Both the position numbers and the translations under genes were made by a program. Shown in pieces: positions 26,209 to 36,317 of a DNA stretch of 64,000 nt. Source of the DNA: Verrucomicrobiota bacterium (GTDB lineage: Bacteria > Chlamydiota > Chlamydiia > Chlamydiales > SM23-39); NCBI GenBank assembly GCA_018239895.1, contig JAFEGL010000029.1, positions 64,574-128,573 on the forward strand. The letters run 5' to 3'. The stretch's first letter is position 1. Each line of letters begins with the position of its first letter. The notes beneath the pieces are model-generated. The model was not told where the DNA came from. It did not search any database and worked only from the letters and a program-made list of their open reading frames with translations.

Positions 26209-27236
26209 TCCGAAGCGCCGATCCTCTGGATGGTCGACCGGAGCAAAGCGGCGTTTTCAACTAGAAGCTGATGCCATTTCCAAGCCGATTCAATAAGGGT
26301 AGGCAAATCGGAGTAGCGCGGTTTCCAGCCTAGAAGTTTACTGGCCAGCCGATTGTCGGCAACTAAGATCGAAGGTTCCCCCTCGCGTCTCTTTTCGAGC
26401 CGGACGGAGATGGTTTTGGAGCAGTATTTTTGGACCGCGTTGATGATTTCGAGGACCGAGTGGCCTGTTCCCGTCCCCAGATTCACTGTGATCGATTTTT
26501 GCTCTGCGAGCAGCAAACGGAGAGCGGCAACATGGGCATCAGCCAAATCTTGGACATGGACATAATCGCGGATGGCGCTCCCGTCGGGAGTTTGAAAATC
26601 GGTCCCATATACGGCAATTTCGGGTCTGACTCCGAGAGCCGTCTGGATGGCGAGGGGGATGATATGAGTTTCTGGCGTATGGTTTTCTCCGATCTCTGTC
26701 TGGAGATCGGCTCCGGCTGCATTGAAGTAGCGGAGCGCTGCCACATTGATCCCATGCAGTTTGCTGAAATCGCCCATGATCTGTTCGGCGATCCATTTTG
26801 AGCGGCCGTACGGGTTGATCGGCGACTGGGGATGCTCTTCCGTCATCGGATGGAAACGGGGTTGCCCATAGACTGCGCAGGTGCTCGAAAAAATGAGGTT
26901 CTTGACTCCGCAATCCTCCATCGCTTCCAGAAGATTGAGCGTATTGGCGACGTTGTTTCTGTAGTATTTTCCCGGATCGTTGATCGATTCTACGACGAGA
27001 GCGCTCGCGGCAAAGTGAAATACAGCTTTCGGTTTATAAAAATTAAGCGTCTCTTTGAGCTGCGCCCGATCGGCAAGAGAAGCCTGGACAAAGGGACCCC
27101 ATTTCACTGCGTAAGCATGGCCTGTCGATAGATTGTCATAAGTGATTGGAAAAAATCCCTCGCGAGCTAAAGTTTTGCAAACGTGGGCCCCGATATATCC
27201 TGCACCGCCGGTGACGAGGACTGGGTTCTCTTTCAT
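26205..27236 (-). CDS. galE: UDP-glucose 4-epimerase
   Basis: VTGGAGYIGAH Rossmann motif, YGRSKW (YxxxK), 343 aa with typical GalE length and layout. Confidence 0.9.
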   Translation of the reverse strand: MKENPVLVTGGAGYIGAHVCKTLAREGFFPITYDNLSTGHAYAVKWGPFVQASLADRAQLKETLNFYKPKAVFHFAASALVVESINDPGKYYRNNVANTLNLLEAMEDCGVKNLIFSSTCAVYGQPRFHPMTEEHPQSPINPYGRSKWIAEQIMGDFSKLHGINVAALRYFNAAGADLQTEIGENHTPETHIIPLAIQTALGVRPEIAVYGTDFQTPDGSAIRDYVHVQDLADAHVAALRLLLAEQKSITVNLGTGTGHSVLEIINAVQKYCSKTISVRLEKRREGEPSILVADNRLASKLLGWKPRYSDLPTLIESAWKWHQLLVENAALLRSTIQRIGASE

Positions 27237-27956
27237 TTAGAAGGCTCCTTTTGAGAAAAAAACAGCTGGGATGGTTTTGAAGATCACCCGGAGGTCTTGC
27301 CAGAATGTCCGGTTCTCGGCATAGGTCGCTTCGATTTTTTTTCTCTCTTCAAACGAGATCGCACTTCTCCCTGAGACCTGCCAGACGCCCGTAATCCCAG
27401 GTCTTACCGAGAGGATCTTTGCCGTGCTATCTCCGTATAACTGAGAGATCTCTTGCAAATAGCCCTCAGGCGGCCCCATCAAAGTCGGAGGTCGAGGACC
27501 CACCACGCTCAAGTCCCCTTTGAGGACATTGATGAATTGGGGCAGTTCATCCAGAGAGGTTTTCCTCATGATTTTTCCGATCGGGGTGATCCTCGGATCG
27601 TTCTTCAACTTTTGATAGGCGCTCCATTCGGCCGCCATATCTGGATTCGAGGCCAAAAGATCTTTCAGCCGTGCATCGGCGTCTTTGTACATGGTCCGGA
27701 ACTTGATGCAGTCGATGGTTCTTCCTCCTCGGCCGAGCCTCGTGCTTTTATAAAACACAGGTCCTTGAGAAGAGCATTTGACCAAAGCGATCAAAATCAA
27801 ATAGAGAGGGGAGAAGCAAGCTAAGAAGGTCAAGCTGAATACAATGTCGAAGAGACGCTTGATCGGGTCGTGCCGAACAGGCACTTTCTTCAACATTTCA
27901 TAACTAGATGTGGGCTTTTGAAGGATCTTCTTATGCCGGACTGCAGATTGTTGCAT
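27237..27956 (-). CDS. small monotopic phosphoglycosyl transferase (bacterial sugar transferase family)
   Basis: KRLFDIVFSLTFL.., GPVFYKSTRLGRGGR...KFRTM, DELPQFINVLKGDLSVVGPRP. Confidence 0.9.
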   Translation of the reverse strand: MQQSAVRHKKILQKPTSSYEMLKKVPVRHDPIKRLFDIVFSLTFLACFSPLYLILIALVKCSSQGPVFYKSTRLGRGGRTIDCIKFRTMYKDADARLKDLLASNPDMAAEWSAYQKLKNDPRITPIGKIMRKTSLDELPQFINVLKGDLSVVGPRPPTLMGPPEGYLQEISQLYGDSTAKILSVRPGITGVWQVSGRSAISFEERKKIEATYAENRTFWQDLRVIFKTIPAVFFSKGAF

Positions 27957-27994
27957 GCCCTAAGTATAGAATACTTGAATCCTCAGATCAACCA

Positions 27995-28846
27995 TTATTT
28001 GACTGACGAGTGCATCTTCTGGAAGAGTTTCCGAAAGAGTTCATTCAGAGGAGGAGAAAAAAAATCCGCCCGCTCAAAGAGGGAAGAGGTGAGAGCTTCG
28101 AGCTGGCTGGCAGCTCCCTCGAGACCGTAGAGTGAGACGGCTGTCGGTTTGTTTTTGGCCGCATCGGTTCCAGGCCTTTTTCCTAGTTCAGCCGCAGTTG
28201 CCGTTTCATCGAGGATGTCGTCCAAGATCTGGTAGGCGAGTCCCGCATCTTGCCCCATCAGCTTCAGATGCTCTCTCGTTGCAGAGTCGGCGTTTGCGAT
28301 AACCGCTCCGAATTCGAGGCACGCCGTAAAAAGAGCTGCCGTCTTTCCGATATGCATCTTTTCCAACGTTGCCTGATCGATCTCTTTGCCTTGAGAGGAG
28401 ATGTCGATCGCTTGGCCTCCGATCATCCCGTCGGAGCCTCCCTTTTGAGCCAGGGTCAGGACTAGGCCGATTTTCTGCTGGGCGGTGAGTCCCGGCGCGT
28501 TAGCCAATACTTCGAATGCGTAAGTCAAAAGGTAATCTCCCGCCAAGAGAGCCATCCCCTCGCCAAACACCTTGTGCAGCGTCGGCCGGCCTCTTCTGAG
28601 GTCGTCGTCGTCCATGCAGGGCAAATCGTCGTGGATCAGCGAGTAGGTGTGGATCATTTCGACGGCGCAGGCTGGGTCGAGAGCCAATTTAATATCTGCC
28701 CCCAGAGACTCGGCTGCGGCCAAGACGAGCTGCGGCCGGAGCCTCTTTCCGGGGGCCAAAAGGGAATAGCGGGCTGCACAATAAAGGGGCTCATCCCTAT
28801 TAGGGACAAGCTCGTCCAGGCGCTTTTCGATCAGGGTCAGGCTCAT
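27995..28846 (-). CDS. ispA: polyprenyl (farnesyl/geranylgeranyl) diphosphate synthase
   Basis: First and second Asp-rich motifs present: LIHDDLPCMDDDDLRRGRPT and QILDDILD. Confidence 0.85.
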   Translation of the reverse strand: MSLTLIEKRLDELVPNRDEPLYCAARYSLLAPGKRLRPQLVLAAAESLGADIKLALDPACAVEMIHTYSLIHDDLPCMDDDDLRRGRPTLHKVFGEGMALLAGDYLLTYAFEVLANAPGLTAQQKIGLVLTLAQKGGSDGMIGGQAIDISSQGKEIDQATLEKMHIGKTAALFTACLEFGAVIANADSATREHLKLMGQDAGLAYQILDDILDETATAAELGKRPGTDAAKNKPTAVSLYGLEGAASQLEALTSSLFERADFFSPPLNELFRKLFQKMHSSVK

Positions 28847-28883
28847 GGAGAAAGATTATAAGCCGATTCGGCCCATCTGTCCA

Positions 28884-30227
28884 TCAATTGTTGATCTGAT
28901 CAGGGACGCCGATTCCGACGTAATCGAACCCCTTGCCCTTCATGTCGTGCGGTTTGTATTGGTTGCGCCCATCGAAAATTACCGCCCTTTTCATCTTCTT
29001 TTTGATCGGCTTGAAGTCGACGAGCCGGAATTGCTTCCACTCGGTCAGCAGCGCAATCGCATCGGCCCCGTTGACTGCGTCGAACTCATCTTGGCACCAG
29101 ACGATTTGAGGGGAGTCGGCTACACTTTTTCGCGCATTCGGCATCGCCACCGGATCGAAAACTCTTAAAACGGCCCCTTGCGCAAGCAAATCTTCGATGA
29201 AAGTGAGGGAGGGGGCTTCCCGCATGTCATCCGTATCGGGTTTAAAGGAAAGACCCCAGACGGCGATCGTCTTTCCATTCAGTCCGCCCCGTTTTTCGAA
29301 ATATTGATGGATCGCTTTTCCGAGCAGTTTCTTTTGCCGGTTGTTCACATCGTCGGCCGCCTCTAAAAGCTTTGGCTCGACCCCCACTTCGCGGGCCTTC
29401 GAGATCAGCGCCCGAATATCTTTTGGAAAGCAGGAACCGCCATATCCGACGCCAGGGTAGAGAAAACTATAGCCGATCCGAGTATCGGAGCCGATCCCTT
29501 TTCTCACTTCATTTACGTTCGCCCCGACCCGCTTGCAGATTTCGGCGATTTCGTTCATGAACGAGATCCTCGTTGCGAGCATCGCATTCGCCGCGTATTT
29601 GGTCATCTCGGCAGAGAGGGTGTCCATCAAGATGATTTTGTCGTGGTTGATGATGTAGGCCGAGTAGATCTCTCGTAAAACTTCTGCCGCTTTCGGGTTA
29701 TCTGCACCGATGATGATCCGATCTGGTTTTAGGCAATCTTGGACGGCAGCTCCCTCTTTCAAAAACTCTGGATTTGAGACGACGTCGAACGGAATCGAGA
29801 CGCCTCTTTTCGCAAGCTCTTCTCTCAGCACGACGCCTACTCTAGCAGCGCTCCCTACAGGAACTGTCGACTTGTTGACGATGATCTTGTACTGATCCAT
29901 GTGTTTTCCGATCTCGCGGGTCGCCGATTCGATGTAGCGGATGTCGCAGGAGCCATCCTCTCGAGATGGGGTGGGGACAGCAAGGAAGCAGACATCAGAT
30001 TCTGCTACGCTGGATGGGTAATCTGTCGTAAACTTTAGCCTTTTTTGGGCGAGGTTCCGTTTAACGATCTCTTCCAGGCCCGGCTCATAAATCGGGATGA
30101 TCCCTTGCTGGAGTTTGGCGATTTTATCTTCATCGATATCTAGGCAGATGACCGAATGTCCCATTTCGGCAAAGCAAGCTCCGGTCACGAGCCCAACATA
30201 CCCCGTTCCTACCATTAGGATTAACAT
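28884..30227 (-). CDS. ugd: UDP-glucose 6-dehydrogenase
   Basis: GTGYVGLVTGACFAEMGH, GGSCFPKD (catalytic Cys), 447 aa. Confidence 0.9.
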   Translation of the reverse strand: MLILMVGTGYVGLVTGACFAEMGHSVICLDIDEDKIAKLQQGIIPIYEPGLEEIVKRNLAQKRLKFTTDYPSSVAESDVCFLAVPTPSREDGSCDIRYIESATREIGKHMDQYKIIVNKSTVPVGSAARVGVVLREELAKRGVSIPFDVVSNPEFLKEGAAVQDCLKPDRIIIGADNPKAAEVLREIYSAYIINHDKIILMDTLSAEMTKYAANAMLATRISFMNEIAEICKRVGANVNEVRKGIGSDTRIGYSFLYPGVGYGGSCFPKDIRALISKAREVGVEPKLLEAADDVNNRQKKLLGKAIHQYFEKRGGLNGKTIAVWGLSFKPDTDDMREAPSLTFIEDLLAQGAVLRVFDPVAMPNARKSVADSPQIVWCQDEFDAVNGADAIALLTEWKQFRLVDFKPIKKKMKRAVIFDGRNQYKPHDMKGKGFDYVGIGVPDQINN

Positions 30228-30292
30228 CTTACACTCCTGTACAAGATGAATATGGGTAGCACAAAACGGAATTTGAATCTAGGAAGAATATT

Positions 30293-30556
30293 CTAGCGGA
30301 AGTTTGTCTTCGATAAGAGGGAATCGATCGAAGATTTGGAATATCTGAAATAGTCGGGGATGGAGCGTCCTCCTTTCTTATTCCAAAGAAGGGAAAATGT
30401 CCGAAGAGCATTGTAGGCCAAATCGACGAGAACAGGATTTCCTGTTTTGATGCCGACTTCCATCATGCCGATCATGGCTTTTAAGAAATGGAAAACAGGA
30501 GGACCTTTGTAGGTCCTCTGCGTTATAGAGACGGAGTTTGGCGGTATTGGATTCAT
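30293..30556 (-). CDS. hypothetical small protein
   Basis: 87-aa ORF starting 4 nt after the stop of the upstream hypothetical gene. No motif recognised. Confidence 0.35.
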   Translation of the reverse strand: MNPIPPNSVSITQRTYKGPPVFHFLKAMIGMMEVGIKTGNPVLVDLAYNALRTFSLLWNKKGGRSIPDYFRYSKSSIDSLLSKTNFR

Positions 30557-30560
30557 CCGG

Positions 30561-31088
30561 TTACCAAGGGAGATTCATGGATGCAAGGAACTTCTGCGCA
30601 TCGATAGAGCCGAGTTCAGCTGCTTTCACGATGTCGGCGACGCCCATTTCAAATCCGACAAACTCATCTTTTATGAGCTTGCAGCCGCCTCTCAGAAGAT
30701 ACCCCTCTTTGCAGTTTGGCTGCAATTCGATCAGCTTATCGAGCGCTGCGATGGCTTGATCCAAGAGTTCTTGGTCTACTGTTTCCGACTTATCATTTAT
30801 GTGTTCGAGTTGGATGACAGCTTTGAGGAAGTAGTAGAAGTAACCGTACGGATGTTTTTCATCCGCTGCAGAAATGAGCCGATCAACCATCTCGTTAGCC
30901 TGCGAGTAAGGGAGGCCGCAATCGATATTTTTCAGTTGAAGAACTAAATCTTTCTCTTCTGGGGGAATTTGGGAATCATTTTGTATTTGATTGAACATCT
31001 CATCGAAGAAGACAAACAACTCGTAATTTGTGTTCTCTTCTGAATAAGGCGCGGTAGCAACTGTTGTATTAAAAGAAATAGGTGTCAT
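30561..31088 (-). CDS. hypothetical protein with TPR/Sel1-like C-terminal helix pair
   Basis: 175-aa ORF. The C-terminal AIAALDKLIELQPN..GYLLRG and VKAAELGSIDAQKFLASM segments resemble TPR/Sel1 units. Confidence 0.45.
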   Translation of the reverse strand: MTPISFNTTVATAPYSEENTNYELFVFFDEMFNQIQNDSQIPPEEKDLVLQLKNIDCGLPYSQANEMVDRLISAADEKHPYGYFYYFLKAVIQLEHINDKSETVDQELLDQAIAALDKLIELQPNCKEGYLLRGGCKLIKDEFVGFEMGVADIVKAAELGSIDAQKFLASMNLPW

Positions 31089-31145
31089 GTAAATTATCCC
31101 TCTATTTAATTACATGATTTTACTTCGTTTGTTTATTTATACAAA

Positions 31146-31802
31146 CTAAAGAAGTTTGTTTAATAAACCGCCGGCTAGAGTATAGCGGCGGGTGCAGAGG
31201 GCGGCGAGCTCCTGATCGTGGGTGACCAGGATGAGAGTCTTATTTCTTTTTTTTGCCGAGGCGATCAAAATCTCCCCAATTTGGCGGGCGGTCGCCCGGT
31301 CGAGGTTGCCGGTCGGCTCGTCGGCTAGAAGCAAATCGGGGTCGTTGCAAAGGGCCCTGGCGATGGCGGCCCGCTGCTTTTCCCCGCCCGAGAGGAGTTT
31401 GGCCTGGAAATGTGCCCGGTCCAAAAGACCCACTTCATCCAACAGGGCGAGGGCCCTCTTCTGATCGAGCGGCCGCCGGGCGATCCGGGCAGGCATTAAA
31501 ATATTTTCTAATGTCGTAAAATCTTCTAGCAAGTTGTAGCTCTGGAAGACGAACCCGATCTTTTTCCTCCGGAGCTCCGCTCCGTTGAAGGGGGTGACAG
31601 AGGTGCCGCCGATCGATAACTCGCCGCTGTCGGGCTTTTCCAGAGTGCCCAAGATGTGGAGGAGAGTCGTTTTCCCCTCGCCCGAGCGGCCGCAGATGGC
31701 GATCGATTCGCCCGCTTCGGCCTCTAGAGAGACGTCGGCAAGGACGGTCACTTTCTCTGGAGACTTAAACGATTTGGAGAGGTTCTTGGCTTGGAGGATC
31801 AT
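31146..31802 (-). CDS. lolD: lipoprotein-releasing system ATP-binding protein
   Basis: Walker [12 protein letters not shown], signature LSGGEKQR, Walker [13 protein letters not shown]. Start set at MILQAKNL (31802, ATGA overlap with the permease stop); the track start 32078 lies inside the permease gene. Confidence 0.9.
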   Translation of the reverse strand: MILQAKNLSKSFKSPEKVTVLADVSLEAEAGESIAICGRSGEGKTTLLHILGTLEKPDSGELSIGGTSVTPFNGAELRRKKIGFVFQSYNLLEDFTTLENILMPARIARRPLDQKRALALLDEVGLLDRAHFQAKLLSGGEKQRAAIARALCNDPDLLLADEPTGNLDRATARQIGEILIASAKKRNKTLILVTHDQELAALCTRRYTLAGGLLNKLL

Positions 31803-33661
31803 TCGGCCCTCAATGTGCTGGAGGGGCGGATACGGCTCGCTTTCAGAGCGGGGATGAGTCCAGCCGTCAGCGAAAGGAGCGGCGTTGCAATCAAGACGAA
31901 CAAGAGCGCCTCGTAGCTGAGCTGATTCGGCAGCGTCGTACCGAAAAAGGCGGGATGGAAGGCGGCATGGCCCTGCAATGCGCTCAAGAAGGAGACCAAG
32001 ATATCCAAATGGTGCAATGTGAGGAGCGCCGCGGCCGAGCCCAAGAGGCAGGCAGCGAGTCCCATCACAACGCCGCAAAGGCCAAAAATCCCGGCGATGC
32101 TCACAAACGAGGCTCCCATCGACTGGAGGATGGCGATCTCTTTTTTCTTATCGTTCACGAGCAAAACAAGGAGAGAAATGATGTTGCAGCAGGCGACAAC
32201 CAAAATGATCGAGGCGATGAGCAAAAATAGAGTTTTATCGCTCTGGAACTGCTGCATCAGATCGCGGGAGAACTCAAATTCCCGGTAGGTTGAAACTTTC
32301 CAGTAGGGGGCGATCCCCGAAGCGGCAAAATTCCGTTCGATCTCCTCTTTCATCCCTTCGGGATCTTCAGTCCAGATGAAAATCCCATTGGTTGGAGTCC
32401 CATCTGGCGAAAACGTTTGACTTGAAGCGTGGATCGAGCGGGTGATCTCTTGCGGGACGATCAAACTCCGACTCCCGACAGGCAGGATACCTGGATCGTA
32501 AAAACCGGCCACCCGGATCGCGATCCGCTGTTCTTGCGTCGACGCCGCTGTGGGGGCCGAGTAGCTCAATGTACCCCGGTCGCCGATCTTCGCTCCGCTG
32601 TCCCGGTAGAATTTTGGGAGCAAGATCCCCACTTCGCTTCCCCAGACAGGGAGCTGGCACTGCCCTTTAACAAAATAGATCCAGGGCGGCGGGGTCATTT
32701 GCGGTTCGTCAAAATTAACAATTGGTTTTGCATCGAACCATTCGATCGGATCGTGGGGAGCCAAAACGGTCTCAAAAGGATGGCCCTGAATTTCGCCCCG
32801 TAAAACCATTCCGCTCGCTTCGATCTCCAGGGGTTCTGCGAGCGACAAATACCGATCTCCGGCCACCTTCTCATCGAGCTTCAAAATCGATCCGTCCCAC
32901 ACCACCTTCGAGGCGCCATCGTTTCTGAGAACGATGGCGGTCCCTTCAATCGATGCTTTCAAAGGCTTATTTTTGGGCAAAAAACGGAGCGGGAGCCGCT
33001 TCGCAATTTTCCCTCTCTTGAGCTCCATGTACTTCGCGGCGGAGAAATCGGTGTCTAAAAGATGGTTCAAGTCGGCTAAAGAGGGGGCTGCGACCAAATT
33101 TTTGAACTGCGGATTTTTATCGGTCAAAGAGAGCAGGTAAGACATCTGAGACAAATACGAGATCCCCGGATCATCCGTTCTCCTCAGGCCGATTCTGAGC
33201 AAAGCTCCGCCAACCTCATAATCTTGGTACGAAGCGCCCATCCGATCCAACTCGGCGAAGGCCATTTTGACTGGATCGACCAGCGCCCCATCTTTCACTT
33301 CAGGCTGAGGCCAGTAGGCGGGAGGTTCCATGTCGGTCGACGCCGAATAGGGGTCGGACTGGACGCTCGCCGCTTTTTCGCCGATGGTTTTCAGCGTGTA
33401 GTTTGAAGCGGAAGAGACGGAATCGATCTGGTAGAAGTAGGAGCCGTAATATTGCTCGGTGGGAGAGATTCGAAGAGGGGCATGGAGCGAAGTGAGCTTA
33501 TTCAGCCAATTGCGCTCGATGCCGCCGGTCACTGATAGAAAAACAAGAACAAGCCAGACAACTAAAGAAATCACCAAGACCGACATCAAAGAGATGAGGG
33601 CCGTGGAAAGAGATTTCCTCTGGGGAACTAAGTACTTGAGGGCTATTCGCCATTCAAACAA
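31799..33661 (-). CDS. LolC/LolE-family lipoprotein-release permease (FtsX fold, enlarged periplasmic domain)
   Basis: N-terminal MFEWRIALKYL..., a large soluble loop, and C-terminal FtsX-type TM helices (ILQSMGAS motif). Coupled to lolD. Confidence 0.75.
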   Translation of the reverse strand: MFEWRIALKYLVPQRKSLSTALISLMSVLVISLVVWLVLVFLSVTGGIERNWLNKLTSLHAPLRISPTEQYYGSYFYQIDSVSSASNYTLKTIGEKAASVQSDPYSASTDMEPPAYWPQPEVKDGALVDPVKMAFAELDRMGASYQDYEVGGALLRIGLRRTDDPGISYLSQMSYLLSLTDKNPQFKNLVAAPSLADLNHLLDTDFSAAKYMELKRGKIAKRLPLRFLPKNKPLKASIEGTAIVLRNDGASKVVWDGSILKLDEKVAGDRYLSLAEPLEIEASGMVLRGEIQGHPFETVLAPHDPIEWFDAKPIVNFDEPQMTPPPWIYFVKGQCQLPVWGSEVGILLPKFYRDSGAKIGDRGTLSYSAPTAASTQEQRIAIRVAGFYDPGILPVGSRSLIVPQEITRSIHASSQTFSPDGTPTNGIFIWTEDPEGMKEEIERNFAASGIAPYWKVSTYREFEFSRDLMQQFQSDKTLFLLIASIILVVACCNIISLLVLLVNDKKKEIAILQSMGASFVSIAGIFGLCGVVMGLAACLLGSAAALLTLHHLDILVSFLSALQGHAAFHPAFFGTTLPNQLSYEALLFVLIATPLLSLTAGLIPALKASRIRPSSTLRAE

Positions 33662-33662
33662 A

Positions 33663-33824
33663 TTACTTCGCTTCCTTGAATGTCACGTGTCTGCGGAGAG
33701 ATTTGTCGTATTTTTTCAGCTCGATACGCTCAGTGGTATTTCGCTTGTTTTTTCGAGTCCAGTAGCACTCATTCGACTCGGTGCTTTTCATTTTGATGGT
33801 TTCGCGTGCGCCTTTCTTAGCCAT
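33663..33824 (-). CDS. rpmG: 50S ribosomal protein L33
   Basis: Hand translation: MAKKGARETIKMKSTESNECYWTRKNKRNTTERIELKKYDKSLRRHVTFKEAK (53 aa), classic L33. Below the ORF-track cutoff. Confidence 0.85.
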   Translation of the reverse strand: MAKKGARETIKMKSTESNECYWTRKNKRNTTERIELKKYDKSLRRHVTFKEAK

Positions 33825-33890
33825 GGATATACCCTAAATAATTTTGAACCAAAGTATACAAAAAAAGATCCATTTTGATCTAGTACGAAT

Positions 33891-34907
33891 TCAACCGATC
33901 GGAATGCGGGTCAAAGCGTCGAGGTCGAGGGGGTCGCCCCCTTCTTTGCGCAAAAATTTATGGAATCCCAAGCCGGCGATCATAGCCGCATTGTCGAGGG
34001 TGAGTCCTTTGGGGGGCCACAAGATCGGAATCTTTTGAAACTCCACCTCAAACATTTTTTTAAGCCGCTCGTTATTGCAAACTCCGCCCCCTAAAATGAT
34101 GGAGCGGCACTCAAAGCTCTGGATCGCCTTTTTGGCCTTTTCGACCACATCGCCTAAAGCGGTCTCCTGGAAAGAGGCGGCGACGTCAGCTTTCGTCTTA
34201 TCGGTTAAAGAAATGTTTTTCTCCACCCCGTTTTGTCCCTTCAGAGCATACAAAACGCTCGTCTTTAACCCGGAGAATGAAAAGTCGAGCGGGCTTTTTT
34301 TCACAAAGCCGGCTCGAAAAGGGAACTTTTCAGGATTGCCCTCTCTGGCGATCCGCTCGATCTCGGGGCCGCCTGGATAAGGGAGGCTTAAAAGCGCCGC
34401 CACTTTATCGAACGCCTCGCCGATCGCATCGTCGACCGTTGTGGCGATCGGTTCATATTCGCCGATCCCGTGGACTTTCAAAAGAAGAGTGTGTCCGCCC
34501 GACAGAACAATTCCGAGCGCAGGAAATTCTGGATCCTCTTTTCCCATGAAAGAGGCATACAAATGGGCTTCGACGTGGTTGACGCCGATGAGCGGTTTAT
34601 TCCAAGCGATGGCGAGCCCTTTGGCCGCGTTCATCCCGATCAATAGGGCGCCGATCAGCCCGGGCCCCTGGGCGACAGCGACGAGATCGATCTCTGACCG
34701 GTCTACGCCGGCCTTCCGAAAAGCCTCATCGAGTACAGGCAGCAGCGCATCGATATGTCTTCTGCAGGCCAGTTCGGGGAAGACGCCGCCATACTGCCGG
34801 TGGATATCGGCCGAGGAGGCGACGACGTTGGCCAGGATCCTCTTCCCATCTTCGACGATGGCGACCCCGGTTTCATCGCAAGTGCTTTCAATGCCTAGTA
34901 CTAACAT
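33891..34907 (-). CDS. tsaD: tRNA N6-adenosine threonylcarbamoyltransferase
   Basis: LGIESTCDETGVAIV, GVNHVEAHL, SGGHT, GGVCNN motifs. Confidence 0.95.
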   Translation of the reverse strand: MLVLGIESTCDETGVAIVEDGKRILANVVASSADIHRQYGGVFPELACRRHIDALLPVLDEAFRKAGVDRSEIDLVAVAQGPGLIGALLIGMNAAKGLAIAWNKPLIGVNHVEAHLYASFMGKEDPEFPALGIVLSGGHTLLLKVHGIGEYEPIATTVDDAIGEAFDKVAALLSLPYPGGPEIERIAREGNPEKFPFRAGFVKKSPLDFSFSGLKTSVLYALKGQNGVEKNISLTDKTKADVAASFQETALGDVVEKAKKAIQSFECRSIILGGGVCNNERLKKMFEVEFQKIPILWPPKGLTLDNAAMIAGLGFHKFLRKEGGDPLDLDALTRIPIG

Positions 34908-34930
34908 GGCTCCAATTTTACCAAATTCTT

Positions 34931-34969
34931 AGAAAAAAGAAAGCTCCGCTAGTTGCCTAGCGGAGCTTT
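34931..34969 (-). terminator. rho-independent terminator
   Basis: AAAGCTCCGCTAG / CTAGCGGAGCTTT perfect 13-bp stem (34940-34952 / 34957-34969) with a 4-nt loop, followed on the - strand by CTTTTTTCT. Lies 26 nt past the stop of the 34995 gene. Confidence 0.8.
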
Positions 34970-34994
34970 GCTCTAGATAACAGATTCGCTTCGA

Positions 34995-36218
34995 TTAAAA
35001 ATCTACTACTTCGAGATCAGCCAAGGTTTTCGTACTATTCTGAGAAGGTTCAGAGGAGGACGTATCTTCGTCATCCAAGCTGACGCTTTGAAGTCTATCC
35101 AAACTTGGGACTTCGTTTGGACCACCGGCTCCGCCTTTATTAGCAGAATCATCCAATTCTACGACTGGGAGCTCACCCAGTCTTGGCGACTGGCTTGAAC
35201 TGCCGGCTCCATCAGCGTCGGCCGCCGTGAACATTAACACCAGGTCATCTGGAGGAACAGTTGTGTCTTCGGTTGCTGCAACGAGATCTGGATTTACATC
35301 GCTTTTTACTGATTGAGTTTCATCCTGTTGATCATTTGCAACAGCTTCAACATCATCAGAACCAACAAAACTGGCTGTGTTAGAAGATGGAGTCAGGCGA
35401 TTTGCATCTCCTGGTTGATCATCAGCATGAACAGCCCCTGCTCCGAATCCAGAAGCAATAGACCCCGTTGGCGAAGGAATCAGAGTAGGATCTGATACAA
35501 CACCAAGTTGCGTATCACCTGGAATAACTAGAGCTGGGGGAATTTGGAAAGTGGTAGCTACCGGCTGCATTTGGCTTGGGAAGTTAAGCCCAGCGAACAT
35601 AGAAGGGACGGAAGGGGCGCTAGGCATTTGATGAGGGTGTGAAGGAATAGCGGCCAATGAAGGGAATGCGCCATTAAACACTGAGCCAGAATCAACGGTT
35701 AATGAACCCCACGGTTGGAATCCTTGAGGAAAAGCTGGTGTTATATCATCGACCGTCACATCTTGCACAGATGTTGCTGAAGAGCTACCGACACCCGGCA
35801 TAGTGTGAGGGAAAGCAAAAGCAGGTTGGCCTCCAGCGCTTGGCATTTTACGCTCTGCCGGTGATGTACTTCCTGGTGTGCTATTTGCAGGAGATGCGAC
35901 AAATACTGCAGCAGAACCTGTGTCGCTGTGAGCAGGCGAAGGAACTGGGTCTGCTTGTCTGCGTCTGCTGATGCAGCAGCATCCGGCGAAGGCGTTCAAG
36001 GGCCGAATAACTAAATTGTTGGCGAGAAATTTACCAAGATTTGCGATCGCTTCGAGAGCGCCCCAAATTACTTTCATTGGTTTTGATGCATTTTGAGTGC
36101 GTGTCCAACTGATTTCACATGGTTTGATCCAAGGAGCTGGGCTCAGTGCTGGAGCTGAAGATGACATAATTAACCTCTTGTTATTTTTTTCAGACATAAT
36201 TTTATATTTATATACCAA
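34995..36218 (-). CDS. hypothetical Ser/Pro-rich low-complexity protein with N-terminal amphipathic helix + Cys cluster (paralogue family, long member)
   Basis: 407-aa ORF. The N-terminal MKVIWGALEAIANLGKFLANNLVIRPLNAFAGCCCISRRRQ motif is shared with the next gene. The rest is S/P/A/D-rich and flanked by very AT-rich spacers. The start is ambiguous. Confidence 0.5.
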   Translation of the reverse strand: MVYKYKIMSEKNNKRLIMSSSAPALSPAPWIKPCEISWTRTQNASKPMKVIWGALEAIANLGKFLANNLVIRPLNAFAGCCCISRRRQADPVPSPAHSDTGSAAVFVASPANSTPGSTSPAERKMPSAGGQPAFAFPHTMPGVGSSSATSVQDVTVDDITPAFPQGFQPWGSLTVDSGSVFNGAFPSLAAIPSHPHQMPSAPSVPSMFAGLNFPSQMQPVATTFQIPPALVIPGDTQLGVVSDPTLIPSPTGSIASGFGAGAVHADDQPGDANRLTPSSNTASFVGSDDVEAVANDQQDETQSVKSDVNPDLVAATEDTTVPPDDLVLMFTAADADGAGSSSQSPRLGELPVVELDDSANKGGAGGPNEVPSLDRLQSVSLDDEDTSSSEPSQNSTKTLADLEVVDF

Positions 36219-36317
36219 TTAAGTAAAAGAATAATAATTATTACTATGTCTGTAAAAATTTGATTATTTACGATTGCGTCCGGTGTGTAAATATTAAATT
36301 ATTTACTTTTTGAGTTT

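Noticed and set aside
31803-32078. 92-codon N-terminal extension of lolD in the ORF track (start 32078).
   Set aside because: The extension lies wholly inside the LolC/E permease coding region in another frame. The conserved ABC N-terminus begins at MILQAKNL, with an ATGA overlap to the permease stop.
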